From: an uncultured delta proteobacterium
GTDB lineage: Bacteria; Desulfobacterota; Syntrophia; Syntrophales; UBA2185
Reading direction: 5' to 3'
DNA length: 64,000 bases
Assembly (NCBI GenBank): GCA_963695875.1
Contig: CAVOID010000011.1
Span: forward strand, 128,001 to 192,000
Part shown: positions 52,114-62,199 of the stretch, piece after piece
How positions within the stretch are numbered: the first letter of the stretch is position 1
How the letters are laid out: each line of letters begins with the position of its first letter
Translations under genes and position numbers: made by a program
Notes under the pieces: model-generated
Database searches by the model: none
What the model was told of the DNA's origin: nothing
What the model saw: the letters and a program-made list of their open reading frames with translations, nothing else

Positions 52114-54867
52114 TTATTTATCGAGTTCCCGCCTCACGGCAATCCCGATTTTCTCCAGAAGGTAGGGTTTCCTTACGTAAGTACCCGCTCCAAGTTCCTG
52201 GGCCTGCCTGACCCGTTCAGTCATGGCAAAACCGCTGACAATAATTGCCTTCTGGTCCTTATGAATTTCGAGAATCCTCCTGTAAGTCTCGAACCCGTCA
52301 ATACCGGGATCCATGATCATATCCAGAATGAGCAAATCGACAGGCTGATTTTTTACAAACTCTACTGCCTCATAACCGCCGGCTACTGAATCCACCTTGT
52401 AACCGATGCCTTCCAGCATGGCTGACGCCAAAAGGCGTTGGCCCTCTACATCATCGATAACCAGAATATGTTCACCCCGGCCAAGATATGTACTCCGTGG
52501 TACAGAGTGTTCAGCCTTGGTTATACCTTCTCTGGTTACAGGAAAATATAGGGTGAAGACACTCCCCTTACCCTCTATGCTTTGTACATCGATGTACCCA
52601 TCGTGATCTTTGATGGTGCCCTCCACAACTGCCAGTCCGAGACCTGTGCCGCTTCTGCCCATTACCTTCTTCGTATAGAAAGGCTCGAAGATCCTACCGA
52701 GGTCCGCAGACGAAATTCCTGATCCCGTATCCGATATGGTAAGTACAGTATACTCCCCCTCCCGCGTGCCGTCATAACCGGAAATCGGTCTGTCCGCGTA
52801 ACAGTTCTCAGTCCTGATCAGTACTTCTCCGGATCCGGTTATAGCCTCTGCAGCGTTCGAAAGCAAATTCATCACCGTCTTGCCCAGATGTGTGGGCGAA
52901 CCTTTTATATTCAAAAGCTCTGCATCCAGAGACGTTTTGAATGTGACGCCGGGATGATGTGACTTCAAAGCCTCGAACTCCGGCGTTTGCAAAAAATCCG
53001 AAATGATCCTGTTCAGGTCCACTATCTCTGAAACCAGCACTCCTCTCCGGGTAAGCGTCAGCATATCCTGGATGATTGCCGCTGCACGCTCACCGCCTTT
53101 GAGAATCTGCATTGCATGCTTACGAAGGGGATTCTCTTGCGGGAGGTTTTGCAGAAGAAGCTCCGAATACCCTACCAGGACACCAAGAACATTGTTGAGG
53201 TCATGCGCCACTCCACCAGCCAGCGTCCCCAATGCCTCCATCTTCTCTGCTCGCTGGAGGCGCGCCTGTAAGATCTTCTGCTCCCCTTCAACTCGCTTGC
53301 GCTCGGTAATGTCACTAAGGAAATTCAACGTGGCCGGTTGGTCTTTCCACGGAATAACAACTGCGTGAATTTCCATCCATCGGACGCTTCCGTCTTTTGT
53401 CACAATCCTGAAAGAATACTCTGGAGGAATTTCTTCTCCTTTGAGTCTCTTCATATGACGCTCAAGAACCATTTCCTTGTCTTCAGGGTAAATAAAATGC
53501 GTAAAGGGCAAAGACCTTACCTCCTCTTCGGAGTAACCAAGTATTTGTACCGTTGCCCGGTTGACAAATGTCAGAACTCCTCCCTGGGCGATGAAAATCG
53601 CCTCGCCGGAGTTTTCTACCACCATACGATACTTTTCTTCGCTTTCGCGGAGCGCCTCCTCCGCTTGCTTGCGCTGAGTAATGTCGGTTAACGTACCTGC
53701 TGTCCCTGTAGCATTACCTTTCTCATCAAGCGTTAGTCGTGCCCATACCTCAATCCAGCGAAAACCTCCGTCTTTATTCATATAGCGAATCTCGTGCCGG
53801 CAATAGTCCTTCTTCCTCTCGATTAATGGTCTGAAGATCTCGAGGTTCAGCTGTCGGTCCTCAGGATAAACGTATTCTAAAAATACCTTGCCAAGACTCT
53901 CTTCCACGGCAAAGCCCGTTACCTCAGCCCAAGCAGAGTTCAGAAATGTCCAGTGCCCTTCTGCATCAGTGCGGAAGACAACTTCCTTCAGGTTCTCCAC
54001 AACAAACTGGTATTGCTCCTTGCTGACTCGCAACGCTTCCTCTGCTCGCTTGCGTGTTGTAATGTCGTTATAAACAATGAAGGCAGCGGGTATACCTTCA
54101 TATTCTATTATGTTTGCTGAAACCTGAACCCAGCGTTTGGATCCCTTCCTGGATTGCAATTCGCATTCGTAACCTGTGACCCTTTTATGCCTGGCCAATT
54201 CGTCGATGAAGTAAGCCCGGTCGTCAGGGCGAACCCAATAATCATGTGCGCGAAGACCTGTTATATCTTCAGCAGAAACCTCGAAAAAATCCACAGCCCG
54301 GTCGTTTAAGAAGAGACCACGCCCGTCAGAAATGGAAGTGACCACTACCGGAAATTCGGCATTTTCAACGAGAAGGCGAAAACGTTTCTCACTTTCATAC
54401 AGTTCCTCCTCTGCCCGCTTGCGATCGGTGATGTCCGTCACCACCGTCAACAGGTGATCTTCACCACGGATTCTAATCCTTGATGAGTTAAATAACCCAT
54501 ATCTCAACTCGTTCCCCTTTGTTCTCGTCTGTAACTCAAGGTTTTCGACACGCCCCTTTGTGTTCAGTTCGCTCAAAAAGGCCGCCCTTTGGTCCGCTGT
54601 GATGTATCCAATACCAGTCGAGGTATTACCGATGATATCTTCCCGTTTGATCCCCATGATTATTGCAAAGGCCTCATTCACATCCACATAGCGACCCTCT
54701 TCGATGGTAGTAATAGCCATAGGGGTTGAGTTTTTTAGAAAGGCTGTCTCAAACCGCTCTTCCCTTTCTCTGAGAGCCTCCTCTGATTCTTTTGTAACAG
54801 CCACTTGACGGCGCAGTTCGTTTAGTTCAGAGATGAGTTGATTCTTCGTTTTCTGTGCATCATTCAT
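52114..54867 (-). CDS. Multi-PAS hybrid histidine kinase (4 PAS, HisKA, HATPase, REC)
   Basis: GTLAGGVAHDLNN, NLLSNAAEA, FEPFYTKK, GTGLGL, LILDMIM. Confidence 0.93.
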   Translation of the reverse strand: MNDAQKTKNQLISELNELRRQVAVTKESEEALREREERFETAFLKNSTPMAITTIEEGRYVDVNEAFAIIMGIKREDIIGNTSTGIGYITADQRAAFLSELNTKGRVENLELQTRTKGNELRYGLFNSSRIRIRGEDHLLTVVTDITDRKRAEEELYESEKRFRLLVENAEFPVVVTSISDGRGLFLNDRAVDFFEVSAEDITGLRAHDYWVRPDDRAYFIDELARHKRVTGYECELQSRKGSKRWVQVSANIIEYEGIPAAFIVYNDITTRKRAEEALRVSKEQYQFVVENLKEVVFRTDAEGHWTFLNSAWAEVTGFAVEESLGKVFLEYVYPEDRQLNLEIFRPLIERKKDYCRHEIRYMNKDGGFRWIEVWARLTLDEKGNATGTAGTLTDITQRKQAEEALRESEEKYRMVVENSGEAIFIAQGGVLTFVNRATVQILGYSEEEVRSLPFTHFIYPEDKEMVLERHMKRLKGEEIPPEYSFRIVTKDGSVRWMEIHAVVIPWKDQPATLNFLSDITERKRVEGEQKILQARLQRAEKMEALGTLAGGVAHDLNNVLGVLVGYSELLLQNLPQENPLRKHAMQILKGGERAAAIIQDMLTLTRRGVLVSEIVDLNRIISDFLQTPEFEALKSHHPGVTFKTSLDAELLNIKGSPTHLGKTVMNLLSNAAEAITGSGEVLIRTENCYADRPISGYDGTREGEYTVLTISDTGSGISSADLGRIFEPFYTKKVMGRSGTGLGLAVVEGTIKDHDGYIDVQSIEGKGSVFTLYFPVTREGITKAEHSVPRSTYLGRGEHILVIDDVEGQRLLASAMLEGIGYKVDSVAGGYEAVEFVKNQPVDLLILDMIMDPGIDGFETYRRILEIHKDQKAIIVSGFAMTERVRQAQELGAGTYVRKPYLLEKIGIAVRRELDK

Positions 54868-55025
54868 ATGTTTCCCCCATTGTTCATAAACCTGCTGAAA
54901 AATGTAACCTCGCTAACCTCCGGGTTGGTTCAGGTCCCTGCCTTGAACCATGTCTCTGACTTGAAGCGAATTGACTTACGCTGCACATCGTCAGCATATA
55001 CGCATGACACCCGGGGCTGTTTGCC

Positions 55026-55109
55026 TGTCATCCTGGGCTGTATATCGCGAGCCTGCCGAATGATCGAAGGCTCATGCTTGGGCCCTTCGATAAGCTCAGC
55101 ATGGCAGGC
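55026..55109. repeat. REP-like palindromic element
   Basis: tgtcatcctg...cagcatggca outer stem with tcgaagg/ccttcga inner stem. Confidence 0.5.
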
Positions 55110-55141
55110 TTGAGTAATTCACGATGACAAAAGGTATTGTG

Positions 55142-56635
55142 TCACGACCGCGGCAGCAAAAAATAGAATGTAGCTCCCTCGCCTATTTTTCCTTCCGCCC
55201 AGACCCGGCCTCCGTGCCTGTGCACGATGCGCTGGACGATAGCAAGACCCACACCTGTGCCTTCGAAATCAGGGTTGTTGTGCAGACGTTGAAAAACGCC
55301 GAAAAGCTTATCGTAGTATTTCATGTCGAAGCCGACACCGTTGTCCTTGACATAGAACGCATCCTCATTACCTTCATTGTAACCTCCCACTTCAATATGC
55401 GCACAATCTTGTAATTTTGTGAATTTGACAGCATTGGAGAGGAGGTTGAAATAGACCTGTCTAACCAGCGCCCCATCACCATAACCGAGGGGCGTGTTTT
55501 TGACTATAAGATTCATCTTCCTGTCGGGGTTGATATTGTTCAGCTCCTTCCATACATCTCTGATGAGATCAACCATATTCAGCTCCGACGTAGACATATC
55601 TTTTCTACTCAGTCGGGAAAATGCCAGGAGATCATCTATCAGCCTGCCCATCATCTGTGTGTTCAATCTTATGTCATTAAATTTACGAATGGTATCTTCA
55701 TCAAATTTATCACCCTGCTTTTTGAGAATCATCCGCGCATACCCGTCAACGGCACGCAACGGAGCTCGCAGGTCATGAGAGACGGAGTAGCTGAAGCTCT
55801 CCAGTTCTTTGTTGGCTTCTTCCAGCTTCTGAGTGTACTCCGCAAGAGCCTGTTCTGCCTGCTTGCGCTCTGTGATCTCCCTCTCAAGGTCCGTTTTGGA
55901 TGCGGTTATGGCCTTCAGGTCAGTGGTCATCCGATTGAAGGCACGAGACAACTCGCCGATTTCATCATTTTTCCTTTCTTCAATGATAAAATCAAGATTA
56001 CCTGAACCGATGACGGCAGTACCGGCCCGCAGCGTCTCTATTGATTCCAGGATGCGGCGATAAGTAAGCATATAGCTAACTATAAGAAATACACCAAACA
56101 AACCTACCAGGACGTATATAAGTGTAGTTCTCGCATTTATTAGCTGGTCCTCCTGTTGGCTTAATAGTTGTGACAAGCGAGAAGCATCTGCTATCAGTCC
56201 CTGGCTCTGGACCGCCATTCGGCTCCATGAGACCTGAAGAAACGCCTGGTCAAGAGCTGTGTTCCGCTTTGTGGATAAGTTTCCTACAGCGGAAACTGTA
56301 CTGTCGAACACCTCCTTCATCCGGCTTTGATTTGCCTGTATATTGGCGACGAGCGCCTGCTGATCGGGCATATCTACATGCAGGCTGGCCACTTGTTCAG
56401 AAAACGAGGCAAACCTGGATTGCCATCGTTTGAGCTGCTGGCTTTCGCGGTAGATCAGGTAATCATTGGCCAGGTAGCCGAGCTCGCTTGCGCCCTGGGC
56501 GATATCAACGGTGATCCTTTCCTGTTCTCCTACCTTCTCTGCCTGTTGATTCGTGATTATCGCCGACGCCGCAATAACGGCCAGGACAATGCCGAAGAGA
56601 AGCATGGTGATGATGAATTGTGTTTTGAGTCTCAT
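55142..56635 (-). CDS. Membrane HAMP-domain sensor histidine kinase
   Basis: Two TM segments, DEIGELSRAFNRM, SHDLRAPLR, GTGVGLA. Confidence 0.92.
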   Translation of the reverse strand: MRLKTQFIITMLLFGIVLAVIAASAIITNQQAEKVGEQERITVDIAQGASELGYLANDYLIYRESQQLKRWQSRFASFSEQVASLHVDMPDQQALVANIQANQSRMKEVFDSTVSAVGNLSTKRNTALDQAFLQVSWSRMAVQSQGLIADASRLSQLLSQQEDQLINARTTLIYVLVGLFGVFLIVSYMLTYRRILESIETLRAGTAVIGSGNLDFIIEERKNDEIGELSRAFNRMTTDLKAITASKTDLEREITERKQAEQALAEYTQKLEEANKELESFSYSVSHDLRAPLRAVDGYARMILKKQGDKFDEDTIRKFNDIRLNTQMMGRLIDDLLAFSRLSRKDMSTSELNMVDLIRDVWKELNNINPDRKMNLIVKNTPLGYGDGALVRQVYFNLLSNAVKFTKLQDCAHIEVGGYNEGNEDAFYVKDNGVGFDMKYYDKLFGVFQRLHNNPDFEGTGVGLAIVQRIVHRHGGRVWAEGKIGEGATFYFLLPRS

Positions 56636-56739
56636 GACGTCTTCCTTCCGTTGGAATTAGGAATGGGAAGAGTTTGGTATTCCCCATTTGTCGCATTCAT
56701 ATCTTTCCCATTTCTTCTATTCCGCATTTCTCGCTTATC

Positions 56740-57750
56740 TCACCGTATTATACTCACCGCTTCAGGCTTCACCGCTTTCATACCATCCAGATAGATGTAA
56801 TCCAAAAAATCGGGGACATTCTTTCCAGTCGTAAGTTTGTTCTTTATCATCCACCGTGCTTCATCTTCCATGGCGAGCAGGAGAGATTGGTCTAGCGAGA
56901 GGGAGTAATAGTTCCGCTGCCAGATCCTGTTGACATATTCAGCGTCTAAGTTGAGTCGTTTCTGCACGATCGCCTTGGCCTCTTTCGGATGTTGGACGAT
57001 GTACATGTTGGCCTGGTCGACCGCTTTCAAGAGCCGGACCACCAGGTCGGGGTTCTGGGCGATCCAATCATCCAGGCAGGTAAGGACCCCGAAAAGCCAC
57101 TGGCCGCGTTGTGTGGACCAGTCGACCACGCCGGCGCCAAAGAAGCTCTTGATCGAATCGTAATATGGCGGGAGGGTGACAACAGCGTCCACCTCCCCTT
57201 CCTTGATGGATCCGACAACTGCGGAAAAATTCATGTTAACCAGGGTGACATCATTTATACTCATACCACGCAAGTCAAGGAACCTGCCTAAGAAGAATTC
57301 CTCAATTGTATTTCTCATGAGACCGATCCTCTTACCAGCAAGATCGGATGGTTTCTCGATCCCATGATCCTTTCTTCCGATAATATGGAAAAAATCGCCC
57401 TTTACAATAGTGGAGATGATGTGTACCTTCTCGTGCCTGAACACACCACCTACAACCACGTACTCGGTTGGCCCCGAAACATTGACCTCCCTTTTGAGCA
57501 TAGCGTTGTACGAGTCAAGACCCGATTCAAAGGGACGCAATGTCACATTTACTCCGTTACCGGCAAAGAAGCCAAGTTCATCTGCGATATATATCCCCGC
57601 CGCAGCTTCGGTAACAGCGAAACCGAGCGTGACTGATCCGACGATTTTAACGTTTTGCTGCTTCGAATTATAGATATACAATGCTACAGGTCCCGCTATC
57701 GCGAATATCAAGATGACTATTATCGCTATATTTGTTTTCGTCCTCACCAT
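56740..57750 (-). CDS. SsuA/NMT1-like substrate-binding protein
   Basis: N-terminal anchor, IADELGFFAGNGVNV, DLAGKRIG, EDEARWMI; no adjacent permease. Confidence 0.85.
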   Translation of the reverse strand: MVRTKTNIAIIVILIFAIAGPVALYIYNSKQQNVKIVGSVTLGFAVTEAAAGIYIADELGFFAGNGVNVTLRPFESGLDSYNAMLKREVNVSGPTEYVVVGGVFRHEKVHIISTIVKGDFFHIIGRKDHGIEKPSDLAGKRIGLMRNTIEEFFLGRFLDLRGMSINDVTLVNMNFSAVVGSIKEGEVDAVVTLPPYYDSIKSFFGAGVVDWSTQRGQWLFGVLTCLDDWIAQNPDLVVRLLKAVDQANMYIVQHPKEAKAIVQKRLNLDAEYVNRIWQRNYYSLSLDQSLLLAMEDEARWMIKNKLTTGKNVPDFLDYIYLDGMKAVKPEAVSIIR

Positions 57751-58122
57751 TTTTCCTACCGCCCGATGATATTTATCGAATCCGGATAGACCTCCTTGAG
57801 GCTCTTGGTATGGCCTTGATCAAGGAAAAGAGATATCTGATTTTCAGACCGCGTGACCATAACCGCCGTAAGCAGTATTAATCTTCGTGTTCGTTCAGCA
57901 TGGTGCTGTAGCACATTTTCTTCTTGATTGATGATCATCTCTGCTTCAGTCATCATTGAGTGGTTCGCTTTTTTTGATGATTTGATCTGATGATAGTTAC
58001 TTTTTTTGTTGTCGAAGTATAAGGAGAAGAGATTGGTGTGTCAAGGGAAAATGACCACAAAATCCAGTGAATGCCGATGGCGCTTTCAGCGATATTGTGA
58101 GGATAATGTGCGGGATGGCTCT

Positions 58123-58833
58123 TCAGAAATTCAATCGTTCTCTGAGCAGCTTGAGGTGTCTCCTGCTGACGGGCACGTGGTGGCCGGACTTTGTTTTGAT
58201 TTCGGCGAGCATGTTTTCATGGAGAATGATCTCGTCCACGCCTTCAATATTGACAAGAAACTGTTTATGGCACCGTACAAGATCAGTCCTGTCTTCAAGC
58301 ACCTTGAGCGTAAGGTCGGTATAGAACTCACCGGCCGGGCAGATCACGTATACCCCTGTCTCATTGGATTTTACGTAATCGACTTCCGATGCATTGATAA
58401 GCTTTATCTTGGAAGAAAGGACGCACGGTATTTTCTTGATATCCGGTCCCGTGTAGACCGGCTTCTCACCCCCGTTCAGCATCCTCTTGAGCTTCCGGAC
58501 AGTCTTCGCCAGTCTGCCTTTTTCCACCGGTTTGAGGAGATAGTCGAGGGTGTTTTCCTCGAATGCTTTGAGGGCATATTCATCATAGGCGGTGACGAAG
58601 ACGACGTTCGGCATTAAGCTGTCGTCAATCATGCTGAGAAGCTCGAAGCCGTTTATCACCGGCATCTGGACATCGAGGAAGAGGACGTCCGGCTTTTCCT
58701 TTTTTATTGCCTGAATCGCTTCGACGGCGTTGGCACATTTCCCGGAGATGATGAATTCACCGGTTTCTTTCAGCATGGCCTCAAGCTCTTCGCGGGAGTG
58801 TATTTCATCATCTATGATAAGGGCGCGCATCAT
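58123..58833 (-). CDS. btsR: LytTR response regulator BtsR/YehT
   Basis: LFLDVQMP, FVTAYDEYAL.AFEEN.LDYLLKP, RCHKQFLVN, VPVSRR. Confidence 0.9.
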   Translation of the reverse strand: MMRALIIDDEIHSREELEAMLKETGEFIISGKCANAVEAIQAIKKEKPDVLFLDVQMPVINGFELLSMIDDSLMPNVVFVTAYDEYALKAFEENTLDYLLKPVEKGRLAKTVRKLKRMLNGGEKPVYTGPDIKKIPCVLSSKIKLINASEVDYVKSNETGVYVICPAGEFYTDLTLKVLEDRTDLVRCHKQFLVNIEGVDEIILHENMLAEIKTKSGHHVPVSRRHLKLLRERLNF

Positions 58834-60507
58834 GCCTTATGGGCCTCCAGGGGGATTTTTATGGTAACACGCGTCATTTCGTTCGGCACACAGGAAACCG
58901 TTGTTCCGAATTCATTGCCGAAGAGGCTCTTGATGCGCCTGTCGACGATCTTTATTCCGAGGCCGTCGTTTGTTTCATTTTCATGGAAGGTCCCGGCATT
59001 ATCCTCGATCTCAATAAACGCCAGACCATCCTCCCGGTAAGCGTGGATTTTTGCCGTCCCCTGCTCCAGCATATTGGAAATCCCGTGTTTGATGGCGTTC
59101 TCTATCAGAGGCTGAAGGGTAAAGGTGGGGATTTTCAGTTTCAGAAGGGAGGGATCAATCTCCATCTGTATTACCAAACGGTCGTCGAACCGCGCCTTCT
59201 CTATCTGAAGGTAGGAGTTTACCTGATCGAGTTCCTCTTCAAGTGTGGAGAGGTCATTGCCGCGTTTCAGGTTCTTCCGGAAAAAATTGGAAAGATGGAT
59301 CAGCAGATCCCTTGCCCTGGCCGCGTTATTCCGGGTAATGGAAATAATGGTATTCAGAGAGTTAAACAGGAAATGGGGATTTATCTGTGCCTGGAGGAGT
59401 TTCAGTTCCGTCTGTACGAGAAGATTCTTCTGCCGCTCGTAGCGTGACAACAGAAGCTGGTTCGAAAGAAGATTCGTGATCCCTTCCCCAAGCGTCTTAT
59501 TCATATTGAGAAATTGTTTGTTCCGGGGCTCATAGAGTTTGATCGTGCCGATCACGTCATTGTCGATATGGAGAGGAACCACAAGTACCGAATTAAGCGG
59601 GCATGCATCGGAAAGGGGACAGATGTAACGCTCTCTTTCGCCATCGGCGAAGATGACTTTATTTTCCGCGATTGCCGTCTTCGTCAGTGGCGAAACGATG
59701 GGACCGCCCGGCTTATGATGGTCCGAACCGTGACCGATGAAATGCCATGACTTTCTCCTTGTCGGTAATCGCCACCGCACCCACACCCGTCTCTTCGTGG
59801 ATGATCTTTGCCAGATCCACTGCCGTTTCCTGGTTGACCCCCCTGCCAAGAAAGTTCAGCGTCCTTTCCGCAATCTTAAATGCCTTTGCCGATGAGATGG
59901 CTGCCACCCTCTCGTACACATTTTTCTGGTCACGGCCGATACTCATGAAGAGCGCCGTACCTACAGAGCTCGACAGGATCATCGGTACGGCAATGACTTT
60001 AACGAGGGCAAGGGCATCCGTATATGGCCGGGATACGAGGAGTATGATGGCCATCTGGACCATTTCCGCGAAGAAGGTGGTGATAAAGGCGACCTTGGGG
60101 TCGAATACAAGATCCGTCTTGTTCGCTCTGCGCAGGTACAGATGCACGAGCCCGCCGATAGTACCCTCGACAGTCGTGGACAATCCGCAGGAGAAAGCGG
60201 TGAATCCTCCCAGAAAATATCTATGAAGACCACCTGTGAATCCTACGGCTGTCCCGAGGATGGGCCCTCCGATTATGCCGGCCAGTACCGGGCCTATGGC
60301 CCTGGTATTGGCGATGGCGTCATGAATGGGTATGCCGAGGTACGTCCCCATTATCGATACGGCAGAGAAGAAAAAGTAGAGATAGATCTTGTCGCGCGTA
60401 CGCAGGGAGTCAGTGGTCAGGGGCTTAAACCACGGCGACTTGCAGTATAGATAGGCAATGACCAGAAAAACCGACATCGCCTGGATCAAACGAAACAGAA
60501 GTTCCAT
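58830..60507 (-). CDS. btsS: LytS-type sensor kinase BtsS/YehU (frameshift near 59745)
   Basis: 5TM-LytS (DAIANTRAIG, GGLHRY), GAF, LQAQINPHFLFNSLNTI, LQPLIENAIKHG. Confidence 0.9.
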
Positions 60508-60750
60508 ATTTTTGTGAATGCGTCCTTTCTTAAGGATCAAATATAATAACAACGGCAATACGTGTCAATGGTAAATACATTACGGGCCGTTACACCCCGC
60601 ATCTCCCCTGCCCTGTCATGCCCGCCCTCGCCCGATACGAACCATGTCTTCGGGCGCCATGCAACTTATTTCAATTGACAGATGTACTCATTTCCCTTAG
60701 CATTGGTAGGTGACATCAGGCATTTGAACAACTCCAAGAGGGCGTCTGAC

Positions 60751-60957
60751 ATGAAGAAATTGTATCTATCAACTTCCGACAAGAAGATCGGTGGCGTATG
60801 CGGAGGAATAGGGGAATACTTTGATAAAGATCCGACACTGATAAGGATCCTTTTTATTCTGGTGATTCTATTTTCATTTGGGTTCGGTATTTTAGCCTAT
60901 CTGGCTATGTGGCTTGTCATCCCAAAGAGACCGGATACATTGAAGGATCGCCTTTAG
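60751..60957 (+). CDS. pspC: PspC domain protein
   Basis: KLYLSTSDKKIGGVCGGIGEYF...AYLAMWLVIP. Confidence 0.88.
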   Translation: MKKLYLSTSDKKIGGVCGGIGEYFDKDPTLIRILFILVILFSFGFGILAYLAMWLVIPKRPDTLKDRL

Positions 60958-60990
60958 AACAACAACAGGTAAATCACAACATCCAGACAA

Positions 60991-61108
60991 TTGAAGCTCT
61001 CTGCGGTAAACTGCAGAGAATCCTCGATCCACAAGGAATATTATTGTTCCCCATTTGCTTGCTTACCCCGCAGCAAGCTACGGAGGATGCTCTCGCTCCC
61101 GGATTCAA
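60991..61108 (-). mobile_element. IS200/IS605-type miniature element, family 2 copy E
   Basis: Colinear with 40222-40337. Confidence 0.6.
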
Positions 61109-61174
61109 TAGTTGACAAAACGCCGTATTTTGAATATTAATGTCCCAATATCAAAGACAGTAAGGAGGATAAAA

Positions 61175-61522
61175 ATGATGAAAAAGATTTTGTGGAAAAT
61201 TCTTATTATCAGTTTTGCAGTGGTATTTGTCAGTGCTATAGGTTTTGCTGCGGAGAAAAAAGCGACGTCCTTACCGACGGATGTAAAAACCGCAGAAAAA
61301 AAGGTAGAAGCAGCTAAGGCGGAACTTCTCGATATTAACACCGCAAGCAAAGAAACGCTGATGAAGCTGCCCGGTATCGGTGATGTTTATGCAAAGAAGA
61401 TAGTTGACGGCCGTCCGTATGTAAAGAAGGATCAGCTCAAATCGAAAAAAATCATACCCGCGGATGCCTACGACAAAATAAAGGACATGATCATCGCCAA
61501 ACAACCACCGAAGAAAAAGTAA
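61175..61522 (+). CDS. Secreted ComEA-like helix-hairpin-helix protein (paralog of 40707-41009)
   Basis: Signal peptide; LLDINTAS...LPGIG...KIVDGRPY; RBS aggagg. Confidence 0.88.
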   Translation: MMKKILWKILIISFAVVFVSAIGFAAEKKATSLPTDVKTAEKKVEAAKAELLDINTASKETLMKLPGIGDVYAKKIVDGRPYVKKDQLKSKKIIPADAYDKIKDMIIAKQPPKKK

Positions 61523-61547
61523 ATAATGTATTTGTGTTGATTAAAAG

Positions 61548-61583
61548 ATAAGCCCCGGGGAACCCTCCGGGGTTTTTCTTCTT
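61548..61583 (+). terminator. Intrinsic terminator
   Basis: agccccgg...ccggggtttttctt. Confidence 0.7.
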
Positions 61584-61633
61584 TGCCCTTCCCTCCCCCG
61601 TCATTCCCACCCTACTCTATCATTCCGTGCTTG

Positions 61634-61763
61634 GAGACTGTGTCGTAATTCTTTCTTTTGTCATTTCGAGTGAAACGAGAAATCCTAATGGCTTGTGATA
61701 TTAATACAATAAGATTCCTCACATTCGTTCGGAATGACACTTTTCTTTATACGACACAGTCTC
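61634..61763. mobile_element. 130-bp MITE with 14-bp TIRs and TTG target-site duplication, containing an inner palindromic element
   Basis: ttg|gagactgtgtcgta...tacgacacagtctc|ttg; inner tgtcatttcga...ttcggaatgaca at 61659-61739. Confidence 0.8.
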
Positions 61764-61892
61764 TTGACATGGAATCCATGAACAAACGGATTCCACTCCT
61801 TTGAATCAGGAAAAATCTCTTGACTGATTCCATATTCACATATATTTTTCACTTAAACTTCAACCAGATATTAAGGAGAATATAAAGAAATC

Positions 61893-62084
61893 ATGAAGCC
61901 TTTTACAATCATCGCAATAGTGATTTTTTCGTTTATTGCATTTGCACATCTTCTCCGCTTCTTTTTCTGTGCGGATGTTATCGTCAATGGCATTTCCATT
62001 CCCTTATGGGTGAGTGCAATCGCAGCCGTAATCTCCGGGGGGCTCGCATACATGCTCTGGCGGGAGAATCGCCCGAAAAAGTAA
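61893..62084 (+). CDS. Small two-TM membrane protein
   Basis: RBS aaggag; AHLLR...IPLWVS. Confidence 0.7.
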   Translation: MKPFTIIAIVIFSFIAFAHLLRFFFCADVIVNGISIPLWVSAIAAVISGGLAYMLWRENRPKK

Positions 62085-62199
62085 GCCCTCGTTACTATTA
62101 TTACCGGCCTGTCCCAACTCACAAAGGAGGAAGAGCCATAATCATCTTGCTACCCACTACCTCACTTCGGTGTAACCTGCATAATACAGGATTAAACCC

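Noticed and set aside
54927..54949. 6S RNA (contains ccttgaacc)
   Set aside because: The structured region is only ~100 nt, lacks the long rod with central bubble, and has no typical 6S gene context
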